A stretch of DNA of 63,932 nucleotides, the filler included, from Octopus bimaculoides (Eukaryota): NCBI RefSeq assembly GCF_001194135.2. It is 6 parts of 5 records of this genome, joined end to end, with 100 filler letters (N's around TTAATTAATTAA, not from the genome) between each part and the next. Parts side by side here need not be neighbours in the genome. Positions count along the whole stretch, not along the records: positions 1 to 22,113 come from NC_068988.1; 5 more parts are not named here. One strand, 5' to 3'. This document shows, one piece after another, positions 1-12,702 of this stretch (position 1 is its first letter; every line of letters starts with the position of its first letter). The position numbers and the translations under genes are program-made. The notes beneath the pieces are model-generated. The model worked only from the letters and a program-made list of their open reading frames with translations, ran no database searches and was not told where the DNA came from.

Positions 1-191
1 TATATATATATATATATATATTAGACACGTTGTTTGAAAGGCAGGAAAGATTATAGCATACAGAACGTAGTTACGTTGGCAGATACTAGATAATATAATA
101 TACAGAGAGGCGGGTTTATGGCTGGATAGATTGATGCGTTGGTAAGTATATAAATACAATGACACGGAGTTAAACATTCAGACATGACATA

Positions 192-281
192 AGATAGATA
201 GATAGATAGATAGATAGATACATACATACATACATACATACATACATACATACATACATACATACATGCATACATACATAC
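192..281. repeat. (TAGA)n/(TACA)n compound microsatellite
   Basis: Direct reading of tetranucleotide runs. Confidence 0.95.
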
Positions 282-554
282 ATATGATATTCCTTCATTG
301 TTTAATATGATCAATGATGGAAACACCACTTCGAAGTACAGCTTGGTCAAATGACTGGAGGTTATCCAAATGTTTCATTTGGATATTACATCCGTCATGT
401 TCTTTGTTTATATATTGCAGTTAGAAGGCTTAAAGACTGATGGCTTACAAGGTGTAAAATTTCAAGAAAAGTTATAACATCAAGTTACTGTTCAAATATT
501 TTACAGCCCCGATACATACGTAGATACATACATACACACGCACACTCACTCAAG

Positions 555-597
<43 letters not shown>

Positions 598-2159
598 ACG
601 CACACAGACGTATATAGAAAGATATACACAGCCACAACCGAAGCCAACACATTGGCTTTCAAGATAACAGATCGGGTCTACAATATTTATCAGTCGGCCG
701 AAGATATGTCCAGATCGCCTAAGTATGGCTTTTATCCGAGATAGCTATCTTAATAGCACCAGAGTGTGGAAGTTTACAATTTCTATTTCCCTTTTTATAC
801 ACCTTCCTTACGTTTCTATTGTCCTGAATTTTAAGGATTCTTCTTTTCTTTTTTTTTTTTTTCTTTTTGCGTTCAACTATTCAGATTGGTTATTTGATTT
901 AGCAATTCGTAAATTTGCTTATCTGAATTCTGATGCAATTTATAAGGTATCGCATGTTAAATTGTTTGGGCCTGAAGATATTCTTCTCCTCAGTTGTTTG
1001 ATTCTATGTACCGTGTCAATAAAATAATTCTTTGATGCTATAGTTTCGGTGTGGAGTCAATAACGCTGGTTCCTGTAATCTCGTTTTTGCATGTGTCGCA
1101 GAAGTATAACCTTTTTGAGAACTCTATTACTTTACCCGCAATTTTATTTCTACTATCATTGATAGTTTCGTTTTTGAATTTTGACACTGATGCTCTGGCT
1201 TCGTTTATTATCTTTCTAGTGAATGAAAACGTTGTTGAAATATTGTATCTATACTATTCACGTTCGCTTTTCTTATGTCGTCTCTTGTTACATTTTTACA
1301 TGCATAGATACTGCGCAAACGTTTAACTTTTGATTTGATGAATTACCTTGGAAAATATTTGGATTTCCTCACAGGTCTAGAGGGGTTACTGAGATAATAA
1401 TTTACAGGTATATTTGTCTCGTGATACCATATAGTTTTTAACTGATTGCATGAAAAGAAAAGAAATAAATAGTTTATATTTAAGTTTGCAATATCAATAT
1501 GCTTGTTTTTTCAGCTACCGGAAATCCTTTTGGCTCTTGACCATTCTAAGTGTTTGTTCCTGCAGTGAAACAGTATCACTTCTGCAATTTTGAAGGAGAT
1601 TTGCAGCTAAACTTTTACCATTCTCTGATTTTGTTATAGTCTTAACCTCTCGGAATTTGCATTTTTGTAGTTTCTAATAATGCAATTTCAATTCTCTTAG
1701 TATAGATTTTATTCGCTCCAATTTTTTTCTTTCCACTTCTTAAAGGAATATTGATCAATATCGACATTTCTTGACTGGAGGAAATTTACTAGCCTTTGTA
1801 TTCTTCGCTTGTTTTACGTTGTGGACATTTTTTTTTTTACACAATGTTCGTTTTCTTGCTCACTCCTAGTGATTCAGTCTCACGTTATGAAGCTAAGAAT
1901 TTGTGACGGACAAATGCGTGATTACTATCTATATGGAATAGTGCCAGTTTTTCCTTTCTATATTGTAAAAGATGTGCTGTTCCGTTTTTACCTTTGCCGC
2001 TTTTTCTGATTACTTGAAACTCAATAATGAACAGTAATATCTATGTCTTTTATTTAATTCTTAAGAATTGTAAGTTCTTTTTCAGTGAGATACATGGACG
2101 TAAATATCAAACACAAGTTCGTATGAGTTCATATATCTCTGACGTTCTATCACATTTCT

Positions 2160-2343
2160 CTCAGAGAGCACACACGCACACACACACACACAAACACAAA
2201 CACACACGCATATGGGCGTGTATATATTCATATGTATATATATATGTATATATATATATATAAGTATGTATATATATATGTATATGTGAATTTATATGGG
2301 TGCAAATATATATGTACATATACACCATATACATACATATGTG

Positions 2344-2412
<69 letters not shown>

Positions 2413-2579
2413 ATACCAAACTGTATATGTATGATGTATATGTGTGTGTGTATAGACAGACTGACAGACAGAGAAAGAGAGAGCGAGAGAGAGATCGTGA
2501 TAGAATTTCAGAGATGTATAGATACACGTGAACAGAGGTTCGTACGTACGTACATACATCTCACAGATCTTAGACACAC

Positions 2580-2618
<39 letters not shown>

Positions 2619-2737
2619 AACACACACTCATATATACATGTAAATATATATATATACATGAATACATACATGCTTGTATATATACACCTGTATATATACA
2701 TATACGCAGATATGTATATAAAATTTGTGTGTATGTA

Positions 2738-2774
<37 letters not shown>

Positions 2775-2775
2775 T
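2160..2775. repeat. Compound (CA)/(TA)/(TG)/(GA) microsatellite field
   Basis: Direct reading; source of several spurious HT/CV/YI ORFs. Confidence 0.95.
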
Positions 2776-3765
2776 GTGAGTGTGCTAGTTTAGTTGAATT
2801 ATTACACGTAGCATGAAAACTCTGCACAATTTCTGTAACGATGTAAACAACCGTATGCTTCGAACGAACACGTAAATCCTCTGACACGTATTTTGTACCT
2901 TTCCTGATATATATACACACCACAGGAATAACGGCTCCTCGAAAAAGCACAGAAATACGCCAAAAAATTAGCTATTGTTGTCGCAGCTTATTAGTTTTTT
3001 TCCTTTTCTATCCAATTTCCCCAATAATTCAATAACCAATCCAATTGCTGAGTACACCTGTTGGCAAAAGAAAAATAATCGAATGAAAAATGCCTCCTGT
3101 CACACACATATACACACACACACACACANNNNNNNNNNNNNNNNNNNNNNNNNNNNNNNNNNNNNNNNNNNNNNNNNNNNNNNNNNNNNNNNNNNNNNNN
3201 NNNNNNNNNNNNNNNNNNNNNNNNNNNNNNNNNNNNNNNNNNNNNNNNNNNNNNNNNNNNNNNNNNNNNNNNNNNNNNNNNNNNNNNNNNNNNNNNNNNN
3301 NNNNNNNNNNNNNNNNNNNNNNNNNNNNNNNNNNNNNNNNNNNNNNNNNNNNNNNNNNNNNNNNNNNNNNNNNNNNNNNNNNNNNNNNNNNNNNNNNNNN
3401 NNNNNNNNNNNNNNNNNNNNNNAACGAAGATGATGAAGATTTAAAGATTTAATGTATTATTCATTTGTGCATTCTTGGGTTTTGAAATACGCATAAAAAT
3501 ATACGTATGTGTATATGTAAATATATTTCTGTCTATATATATACACTGATATGCATACTGATGCGCGAAAATGCACGATAACACACACACACACACACAC
3601 ATGTACACACATATATTTATATGCATGCATACACAGATAATTGCATACATACATACTTACATACATACATACATAATACATAATACTCACATACATACAT
3701 ATATACATACATACATACAAACAAAATACATACATACATACATACATACATACATACATAATACC

Positions 3766-3796
<31 letters not shown>

Positions 3797-4717
3797 TGTA
3801 GGTAGTTTCTCGTCGTCCGAGAGATATGGTACTGTCTTTTCCTGCTGAACAACTTAAACATTTTCTTTGTACATTATCTCGCTCTCTGCATCAAATTGAC
3901 GTTACCTGAACAGGTGTACAATGTACCAGACGTCAAGAGTGGAAGTGCCGGAGAGCACCCTATCCACCTGCCCATGCACTCACACATATACCTATATATA
4001 ATTGGTTGTGTGTGTATACTCTGTAATCCAGTTTCTCTCCCTCTCCAAGTTAAACAGTTTTCTATTGTTCCGTTACTGGATTCAGTCATCCCGTTCCGGT
4101 AATACAGGGGAAATTGCATTTCATAATTTAATTAATTGCATTGATCTGAATTCATATTTTGCTTTCCAGGTACCTATTTGTTTTTTCTGACGTAAGTGGG
4201 ATAAAAGGCTAGGAGATTAATACAAACGTATAGCTACATAAACTCGAAACATTTTTGCCGAAGCTGTAAATGATGTGTAAGCCTCGCGCCACTTTCTTTG
4301 CTATGTTGCGAAAGCGTTGAAAATAGGGGCTTCTAACCGCTATATCATAATTTAAGACGTGTGTGTGTGCCTGTGTATGTTTATTGGTTGCATTGAGTTT
4401 AAAGAGTTTTGCGAGGTGATTGGTATATTGGAAGAGTTTTGGAACATAGAATCCTAAAATAATGGTAGAAAAAGTTGTTCCTTAGACGAATGCTGAAGGT
4501 GTGTTTGTAAAGCAGATAGTCACAAACATCAAAGCTGTTAAATGAGCAGATATCACAAGAAAGCTCTTGACAACATAAGGCTTAATACACTGGGTATGAT
4601 ATAAGTTAAGACATTAAAATTTTGTACATTTAGTGACGAAAGGGGGAACTGAAAGAAAAACAAATGACATGTAAGATAGGAGAAGTTGGTTTTAATAGAT
4701 GGCTTCTGAAAGACCCA

Positions 4718-4936
4718 ATATTCATTTCTACTTTAGGCACAAGGCCCGAAATTTGGGGGGAAGCGGCCAGACGATTAAATCGACCCCAGTACGCATTTGA
4801 TACTTAATTTATCGATCCTAAAAGGATGATAGTCAACGTCGAACTCGGCAGAATTTGAACTCAGAACGTAGCAGCAGACGAAATACCGCTAAGCATTTCG
4901 CCCGGCGTGCTAACGTTTCTGCCAGCTCGCCGCCTT
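4718..4936 (-). mobile_element. tRNA-headed SINE family A, near full length
   Basis: Minus strand reads AAGGCGGCGAGCTGGCAGAAACGTTAGC (A-box-like)...GAGTTCAAATTC (B-box-like)...CATCCTTT...GATAAA; flanked by imperfect direct repeat TTCTGAA..GACCCAATA; at least 6 related copies in the window. Confidence 0.9.
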
Positions 4937-5072
4937 CTGAATGAAGGACCCAATAATATACTAACATGTGCATTTGTTGGGTGAGTGCGACAAGCCAGGC
5001 CAGGATTACCGAGGGCCATCAGGCATAGAATATAGCGAAGAANNNNNNNNNNNNNNNNNNNNNNNNNNNNNN

Positions 5073-5184
5073 AGAAGAAGAAGAAGAAGAAGAAGAAGAA
5101 GAAGAAGAAGAAGAAGAAGAAGGAGAAGAAGAAGAAGAAGAAGAAGAAGAAGAAGAAGAAGAAGAAGAAGAAGAAGAAGAAGAA
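5073..5184. repeat. (AGA)n trinucleotide microsatellite
   Basis: Direct reading. Confidence 0.97.
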
Positions 5185-5766
5185 AACTTAAGGGATGCAT
5201 AGAACGTTATATTCCTGTCAAATGAACGATGTTTATCAAACTAGAAATGTTTAAATGAAACATTGACTACGAAACAGATGGAATTGCTAGACAAGACCAA
5301 AAGGTTATTTTAACAAGAAAATCATTTCGTCGCGAGGCGGTATTTGGTAAAACGTAGTTGCTTGAAAACTGAAAATAGTTCTTCCAGGTTTCGCATTGAT
5401 TTCGAAGTTGATCTCTCGTAAACAGCCAAGAGGTCAGGGTCTCAAACTAAATCTTTTCGATGGCAATCTACTAAATATACCGAGTTATTTACTCAACTGA
5501 AATCAGGCGACTACTACATCTATTCAATTTACTTATGGAAAACTGGATACTTGAATACAAGATTTCTGAATAGGAAGTAGATATAGTTTGGAGGTCAGTT
5601 CATACGACTTTAATATCAAAGGCTACACGAAACGTGAAGATTCAGAAATATACGGAATAAGTTTAACGGAAAGCTAAATGCACAATGGTCAATGTATATT
5701 TAAGAAACATATATATAGGATGAGATTAGGCAGAACCATTCAAACATAAATATACCGAAGAACCTC

Positions 5767-5798
<32 letters not shown>

Positions 5799-6079
5799 CA
5801 AATATATATTTACTTAAATGTGTACCTATGTGTGTACATGTATATACATATATATCTGAATATAGATACATATNNNNNNNNNNNNNNNNNNNNNNNNNNN
5901 NNNNNNNNNNNNNNNNNNNNNNNNNNNNNNNNNNNNNNNNNNNNNNNNNNNNNNNNNNNNNNNNNNNNNNNNNNNNNNNNNNNNNNNNNNNNNNNNNNNN
6001 NNNNNNNNNNNNNNNNNNNNNNNNNNNNNNNNNNNNNNNNNNNNNNNNNNNNNNNNNNNNNNNNNNNNNNNNNNNNNNN

Positions 6080-6132
<53 letters not shown>

Positions 6133-6256
6133 GCACGCACACATATGTACACATATATGTGGGTATACGAAAATATGTATATATAAGAAAGCATGCATAC
6201 GTACATATGTATAGGCACATGCACACGCAGATACACAAACATACACAAACACACAT

Positions 6257-7339
6257 ATACTGATGAAAGACAAAAGACAGGTTACTAAAATATATTTTGT
6301 AAAATTATTGTGCACAAAAACACGTACTAAAAATGTATAGTTATATAACTCTATAACTACACTTAAAACATATTCAAATAAATTTAAAATATATAGATAT
6401 AAATATATGTATAAATATATAAAAAGATAAAGAGAGCAATGGTAAAGTTGGAAATAACTTTACCATTGCTCTCTTTATCTTTTTATATATTTATACATAC
6501 ACACGCTAATACACGACTTATAATCCCCAATCCTGTTCATACAACGACTGGGGCAAAACTAGTCGGTATACAGCACTTACTCGGTATTACCTGTATCTTT
6601 TGGGGTTTGATTAAATCCAATACCCTCCTCAATCTTGTTAGATATAAATATATTAATATTCTAAGAATATATGAAGAACATACAATATATACTCCTACTT
6701 ACATTAAAAGCGATATTAAAATTATATATATACACAGAATGGGTGGAGTGTAGGAAATATTTTAAGATCATATAAAGTTTTATAATTCGTTAAAATCCGA
6801 CGGCCGTTTCTGGGAGCATAGTGGTGCAAAGATGTTATAGAATTTAAGTTCTATTAATTTAATATCACTGCCTCCTTCCCCAGGGAAGTTACCAGTTGGT
6901 AAGGCTACATTTGTTATACATCGAATTTCACCATAGTGTATAACAAATTTAGTATTACCAGTTGGAAACATCAATTAGGAAGGAGGCGGTGATATCAAAT
7001 AAATAGAAGTGAAATTCTATTACTTCTTTTCACCACAATGTCCCCAGAAACGGCCGTCAGATTTTAACGAATTATAAATCTCTATATAGATTTACAATAT
7101 ATTCTACACTCCACCCATTTTGTGTATATAATTTTAACATTGATTTTATTGTAAGACTATATATTGTATGTTCATGATATATTCTAAGCATATTCGTATA
7201 ATTATAGCCATATATTCTAATATATTTTAAATATATTTTAAAGTGTATTTATATATTCATATATCTCCATAATTTTAGTACGTGATTTTGTGCACATAAT
7301 AATTTTACAACAAAGTATATTTTAGTAACCTATCAGTAT
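6257..7339. mobile_element. About 1.08-kb degenerate foldback (long inverted-repeat) element
   Basis: Left and right halves are reverse complements block by block: AGGTTACTAAAATATA (6279) vs TATATTTTAGTAACCT (about 7316-7331); GAACATACAATATATA; GGGTGGAGTGTAG; TTATAATTCGTTAAAATCCGACGGCCGTTTCTGG (6780) vs about 7044-7077. About 230 bp extra in the left arm. Confidence 0.8.
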
Positions 7340-7423
7340 TTTTCCTATTTTCCTTTGGCTCAGATATATTGAGCACTTCGACGTGTCCTATATATAGAGA
7401 AAATTTTACCTATAGAAAAAAAT

Positions 7424-7458
<35 letters not shown>

Positions 7459-7521
7459 TTGAAACATAGTTATTTGAAAAGAAAAAAAAACGAGGGACGA
7501 AATATAATACTTTTTATTACA

Positions 7522-8607
7522 TACAGTATGGTCCAAAAGTAGGTTTACAGTTATCATGTAGGCACTCTACATTTCTTTTAAAACATTTTATTACATTTAA
7601 AATTCTATCTTGCAATCATATTGCTTATTATTATTATTTATTCATATTTAGTTTGAGCTCAGAGCTGCAGCCATGCATGGGACACCGCTGATTTGCTACA
7701 CTGTTCTTATTGAGAGCGTCCTCTATGTGTCATTTGGTGAATAAGGGAGTTTGATGTCGCTACCGTCATTTGCACCTCTTGCTGCGAGGTAGGTTCATTT
7801 GGGACTTTGGACAGGAAGAGGTCCAGTTTTAACTTGAAAAGACCTACATCCACTTTGTGTAGGTCCCTGGAGCTCGTTGGGAGAATACTAAAAAGTTTTG
7901 AGTGTCTTAAACTCAGGCTGTTGCAGTAACTGGTCCTGAAGTGCGATAGCATTGCTCGGATCTTTGGCAATGTGCAGTGTCGACCCGTTCTGGCATTGGT
8001 GTAGCTTTCAATGTATATTACTGCATACCTCTCCCGCCGTCGCTCTAGGGAGTAGAGTCTTAGCTGTTTCAACCTTTCCCAGTAGCTGAGTTGTTGCAAC
8101 GAGACTAACTTCTTTGTGAAGCTTCACTGGATTGCTGCAAGGTCCGATGTTAATTTTACACTGTTGGGTGACCATAGCTGGGAGCGGTAGTCCATGCGGC
8201 TGAGGACGGTCATAGTTTCCTGCTCTCTGGTGCTGAACTTTCTCAGTATCGATCCAGCCAGTGGTCTGCACTTTGTGGTCATCCTGGTAATGTAAACTTG
8301 GAAAGAGGTATCATCACTCATGTCGATACCCATTGTCCCTCAGTGATCTAGGCTCTGGGATTGCAATCCCCTGTGGACCAGTGTACCATGTAAGTTTTAT
8401 ATTCAGTTTTGGACGCTGGTAGCACAGGGATTGGATTTTTTCAGCATTAAATTGCATATTATTGTCCTCAGCCCGTCTGTATTTATATAAATTAGCATAG
8501 AATAATGGCTTCATTTTTTTTTTTAATGATTAAGATCCAAACTGTTAATATATGAATGTGAAAGCGATAGTTGAATAACTGTAAACTTACTTTTGGGCCA
8601 CCCTGTA
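7522..8607. mobile_element. Tc1/mariner-type MITE interrupted by a CR1-like LINE fragment
   Basis: 30-bp TIRs CAGTATGGTCCAAAAGTAGGTTTACAGTTA (7524-7553) and TAACTGTAAACTTACTTTTGGGCCACCCTG (8576-8605), each with an outer TA. Confidence 0.75.
7640..8490 (-). mobile_element. CR1-like LINE, 5'-truncated and degenerate 3' end of ORF2 plus 3' UTR
   Basis: Frameshifted peptides NNMQFNAEK..., GIDMSDD..F, VLSRMDYRSQLWSP, LSYWERLKQLRLYSLERRRERYAVIYI are typical CR1-group RT C-terminal motifs. Confidence 0.88.
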
Positions 8608-9299
8608 TAGAAGAAAATAGAGCTGCTGCCATGTCTTCACTATAAAACATTTCCTTTCATATAAAATATTTGCAATAACTGTGCTACATCCTCATGATCT
8701 ATGTGTGTGTGTTTACACATGCACACACGCACACATACATACACACGCACACACATATGATATAAGTTTGCACCTATGCCTGAATACATGTATTATATGC
8801 TTGTTTTAATATACGGATGCATATATTTTAAACATGTTTGTTTATAAGATGATTGTAATCGAATGCTTCAGCCTTTCTTTTGTGATATATTCTTCTCTAA
8901 GTTGTAAACAACATATTTCTATACAAAATAGAACATGCACTGACATATGCAGATCATCAGTGTGGGAGTAAAAAACAACAAAAACGCCTATTATCTAATT
9001 ACTATTAAACAAATTAATAAATTCATGTGTTATTTACCGACTAATCAATTTATGTTGGTTTGTTGATTTGATTGTCTTTACAACACATTTTCCGTGTTTA
9101 TATATGTGAGGCGTCTGACTAAAATACAATTTTGCTGTTGATGAACACTGACATGATGAAAGAAATTATAAAGAAAACGAAAGAGGTAAGAAAAAAATTA
9201 TTGTTTATTTATGTAAAGTACAATTAAATAGTGTAAAATTTCGTATAAGAAATGATTGAAAAATAGCAAAGGAGGAAAATAGGGCAAAAAATGAGAATC

Positions 9300-10191
9300 C
9301 GTGGTCTGATCAATAAGTTTGAGGAATGTTGCTATAGTAACGAAGCTAAAGCACCGAGAGATTCACACAGAATGACCGTGAACTCTGCTGTGCATATGCA
9401 CTAAGTTTTAACGTTCTAGCTATCTTCCATTGTTTGCAGCAGAGCTTAGTAGGAGGTTCTATAACGTGTGATCATCGCATTGACCATCACAGAGGAAATT
9501 GAGCAGAGAATCTGCATCAAATTTTGGCAAAAGCTTGGCAATACCTACTGAGAGGCCCCCGGAAAATTTTCAAAAAGCTTTCATCGTTCTCGACACAATC
9601 AAGATCTTGTACAACTGAAACCCGTGTGTCTTTTAGGTAAGCTGAAAGCAGTTTTAGGCACAAACTTGGAAGACACCCGTCTAGTACCAAAATCGTCAGA
9701 GATAATGGACTGAACTGAATCGTAAATAATCTGGACATCTTCTGATAACTCAAGGATGGTGATTCGACGATTTCCCCCCACAGCTGCACACACATCGGCG
9801 ATGGTTTTCTCAGCTTTGCTGGTGGCGGGTTTCCGAAAAATTTCGTCAATATCGTCATTTTTTCGGCCATCTTAGAAATGTCTGAATCATTCGTACACTT
9901 GTGTGCGGCTCATACACTCCTCTCCATACACTCTCTGGACCGACCATTGCGTAGGCAACATTGAGCAAGTATTGACATGACAACTTTCTCTCTAATGGTC
10001 AATGCGACGATCACACGCTACACACCTTCCTTCCAAGCGCTGCTATAAACAGTGGTAATGATCTAGAACCTTAAACGTTAGTGCGCATGCACAGCAGAGT
10101 TTTACGTCAATCTGTACCAAGCTGTTTCACTCTCCGTGCTTTAGCTTTAATTACTATAGCAACAGATCGGATTCTTATTGATCACACCTCG
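9300..10191 (-). mobile_element. Non-autonomous mariner derivative with long inverted arms (two 5' ends), copy 1
   Basis: TIRs (C)GTGGTCTGATCAATAAG / CTTATTGATCACACCTCG; minus-strand transposase remnant NRRITILELSED..RRVSSKFVPK; plus-strand arm encodes EIEQRICIKFWQKLG. Confidence 0.85.
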
Positions 10192-10239
10192 TGTGTGTTT
10201 GTATATGTGTGTATGTGTATGTCTGTATCACTGTCTGCC

Positions 10240-10242
10240 TGC

Positions 10243-10338
<96 letters not shown>

Positions 10339-10376
10339 TTGTCTGTATGTCTGTCTGTATGTATATATATATATAN
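10240..10376. repeat. (ATCT)n microsatellite running into a gap
   Basis: Direct reading. Confidence 0.95.
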
Positions 10377-11089
10377 NNNNNNNNNNNNNNNNNNNNNNNN
10401 NNNNNNNNNNNNNNNNNNNNNNNNNNNNNNNNNNNNNNNNNNNNNNNNNNNNNNNNNNNNNNNNNNNNNNNNNNNNNNNNNNNNNNNNNNNNNNNNNNNN
10501 NNNNNNNNNNNNNNNNNNNNNNNNNNNNNNNNNNNNNNNNNNNNNNNNNNNNNNNNNNNNNNNNNNNNNNNNNNNNNNNNNNNNNNNNNNNNNNNNNNNN
10601 NNNNNNNNNNNNNNNNNNNNNNNNNNNNNNNNNNNNNNNNNNNNNNNNNNNNNNNNNNNNNNNNNNNNNNNNNNNNNNNNNNNNNNNNNNNNNNNNNNNN
10701 NNNNNNNNNNNNNNNNNNNNNNNNNNNNNNNNNNNNNNNNNNNNNNNNNNNNNNNNNNNNNNNNNNNNNNNNNNNNNNNNNNNNNNNNNNNNNNNNNNNN
10801 NNNNNNNNNNNNNNNNNNNNNNNNNNNNNNNNNNNNNNNNNNNNNNNNNNNNNNNNNNNNNNNNNNNNNNNNNNNNNNNNNNNNNNNNNNNNNNNNNNNN
10901 NNNNNNNNNNNNNNNNNNNNNNNNNNNNNNNNNNNNNNNNNNNNNNNNNNNNNNNNNNNNNNNNNNNNNNNNNNNNNNNNNNNNNNNNNNNNNNNNNNNN
11001 NNNNNNNNNNNNNNNNNNNNNNNNNNNNNNNNNNNNNNNNNNNNNNNNNNNNNNNNNNNNNNNNNNNNNNNNNNNNNNNNNNNNNNNNC

Positions 11090-11215
11090 TACTTTGTCTT
11101 TCAACTTTTCGGGGTCGATAAATTTAGCACCATTTGCGTACTGGGGTCGATTAATTGAACTGGCTCCCTCCCCACAAAATTTCGGGCCTTGTGCCTAGAC
11201 TAGAAAAGGATATTT
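11090..11215 (+). mobile_element. SINE family A, 3' half
   Basis: TTTTCGGGGTCGATAAA..CTGGGGTCGAT..AAATTTCGGGCCTTGTGCCTAG matches the 4718-4936 copy; 5' part lost in gap. Confidence 0.8.
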
Positions 11216-11289
11216 AAACTGATGGGGGGAAAAATTGAATTTTTTCTTTGAATGCAATAAAGCACAATCAACAACCATAATAATACGGG

Positions 11290-11458
11290 TTTCAAATTTT
11301 GGAACAGGGCCAGAAATATTTAGGGGTGGGGTGAATCGGTCCCATACTTATTTTATCAACCCCTAAAGAACAAAAGGCACAGTCGACCTCATCGGAATTT
11401 GAACTCTGAACGTAAGGAATGCACGGCATGCAAACGAGTCTGCTATCTTGTCGCCTTT
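11290..11458 (-). mobile_element. SINE family A, degenerate
   Basis: Plus-strand GGCACAGTCGACCTC..GGAATTTGAACTC is the reverse complement of the family A core and B-box. Confidence 0.65.
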
Positions 11459-12639
11459 GCAACAGTAATAACAATAGAGCGCATATATGACTGTAATTAA
11501 GTAGTTCGCTTTGCAACCTACAGGTTCGAGGTCCGATCCTAATGTGCGGGAACTTGGGTGAGTAGTTTCTGCTATAAATTAATGGCATTATTACATGATG
11601 AATGCTAATGCCCGTATAACATGTCTCTCTTTAACTTACAGCCTTAACTGCAATACTATTGCAGTGAATGAGAAGAAAACAACTTGTTTCTAGAAGATCA
11701 GATGGGATGCTGAAGAGGCTCATATAGCTGTAAAGATCAATTGTTGTCCATTACAGATCAAAGCCATAACTGAAGTCTGCCAAAAGAAAAAGAAGGGTCT
11801 AAGTATGGCGTAGATCGTTTACCGGAAGTCTTTTGACGATATTCCCAAAAATGTACCCTAGAGATTCTTATTGGACCTTAGAGATCAGTGAGACTGATGA
11901 GATAAACTTTCTCATTAAACTGTTTTAAAATGGTTCAGAGCTGCATTGAAAACATGAGCGGGAGAGAGCTGGAAAATTACAGAGGGTCGTCTTATGGGGA
12001 AAAATAAACTGGGCTCAATTAGAAGAATGGGATTTGATAGATATTTGGTTCCTAATTCTATGGGGAACGAAGGCTTTGAGGAACTATCGTTAGCTCCATC
12101 AGAGGGGTCCTGCTGATTTATTAGACATACAAAACTAACAATGCAGATCATTGAAGTAAAATACAGAGAAACTTTCAGTTCAGTTTTCTGCAATCATTTT
12201 TCATGTGAACCAGTGACAGCAACAACATCAGCAACAACGAGCTTACCGCGACAGATTCCTCTCCAAGGCTGCTCAATCACCTCGAAATATCAGCAGAATC
12301 TCCCTCATTTGAAACTTCATCGGTCATAAGTGATAACAGATTGCAGAATCTAAATCTAGGTATAATACATATGAAAATATGCCGAGATGATCATATTTAT
12401 AAAGACATTGATGCTTGCTCTCCTCTATCAGCGTTGAGTTGAGGCTAAAATACATTATTTTTAGCAGTGAAAATTTGCTAATAAAATACATCAGAGAAAG
12501 AGAGAAGCTCTCAGGAAGCTGATATTAAGAGCCAGTTTCAATTCCTGTTTGAAGCCGATTCCATTAACTTACGTAACAAAACAACACTGGAAGGGGAAAT
12601 GCAACCTTTCAAAAATCCCATTTTTTCCTGCACCCGCAC

Positions 12640-12702
<63 letters not shown>

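Noticed and set aside
725-2150. Lys-rich degenerate minus-strand reading frames, possibly an old retroelement
   Set aside because: Many stops and no motif I can identify; needs a translated search.
11705-11760. CTGAAGA-GGCT..AGCT-GTAAA hammerhead-like string
   Set aside because: GAAA is broken and there is no helix III or helix I pairing; compatible with chance.
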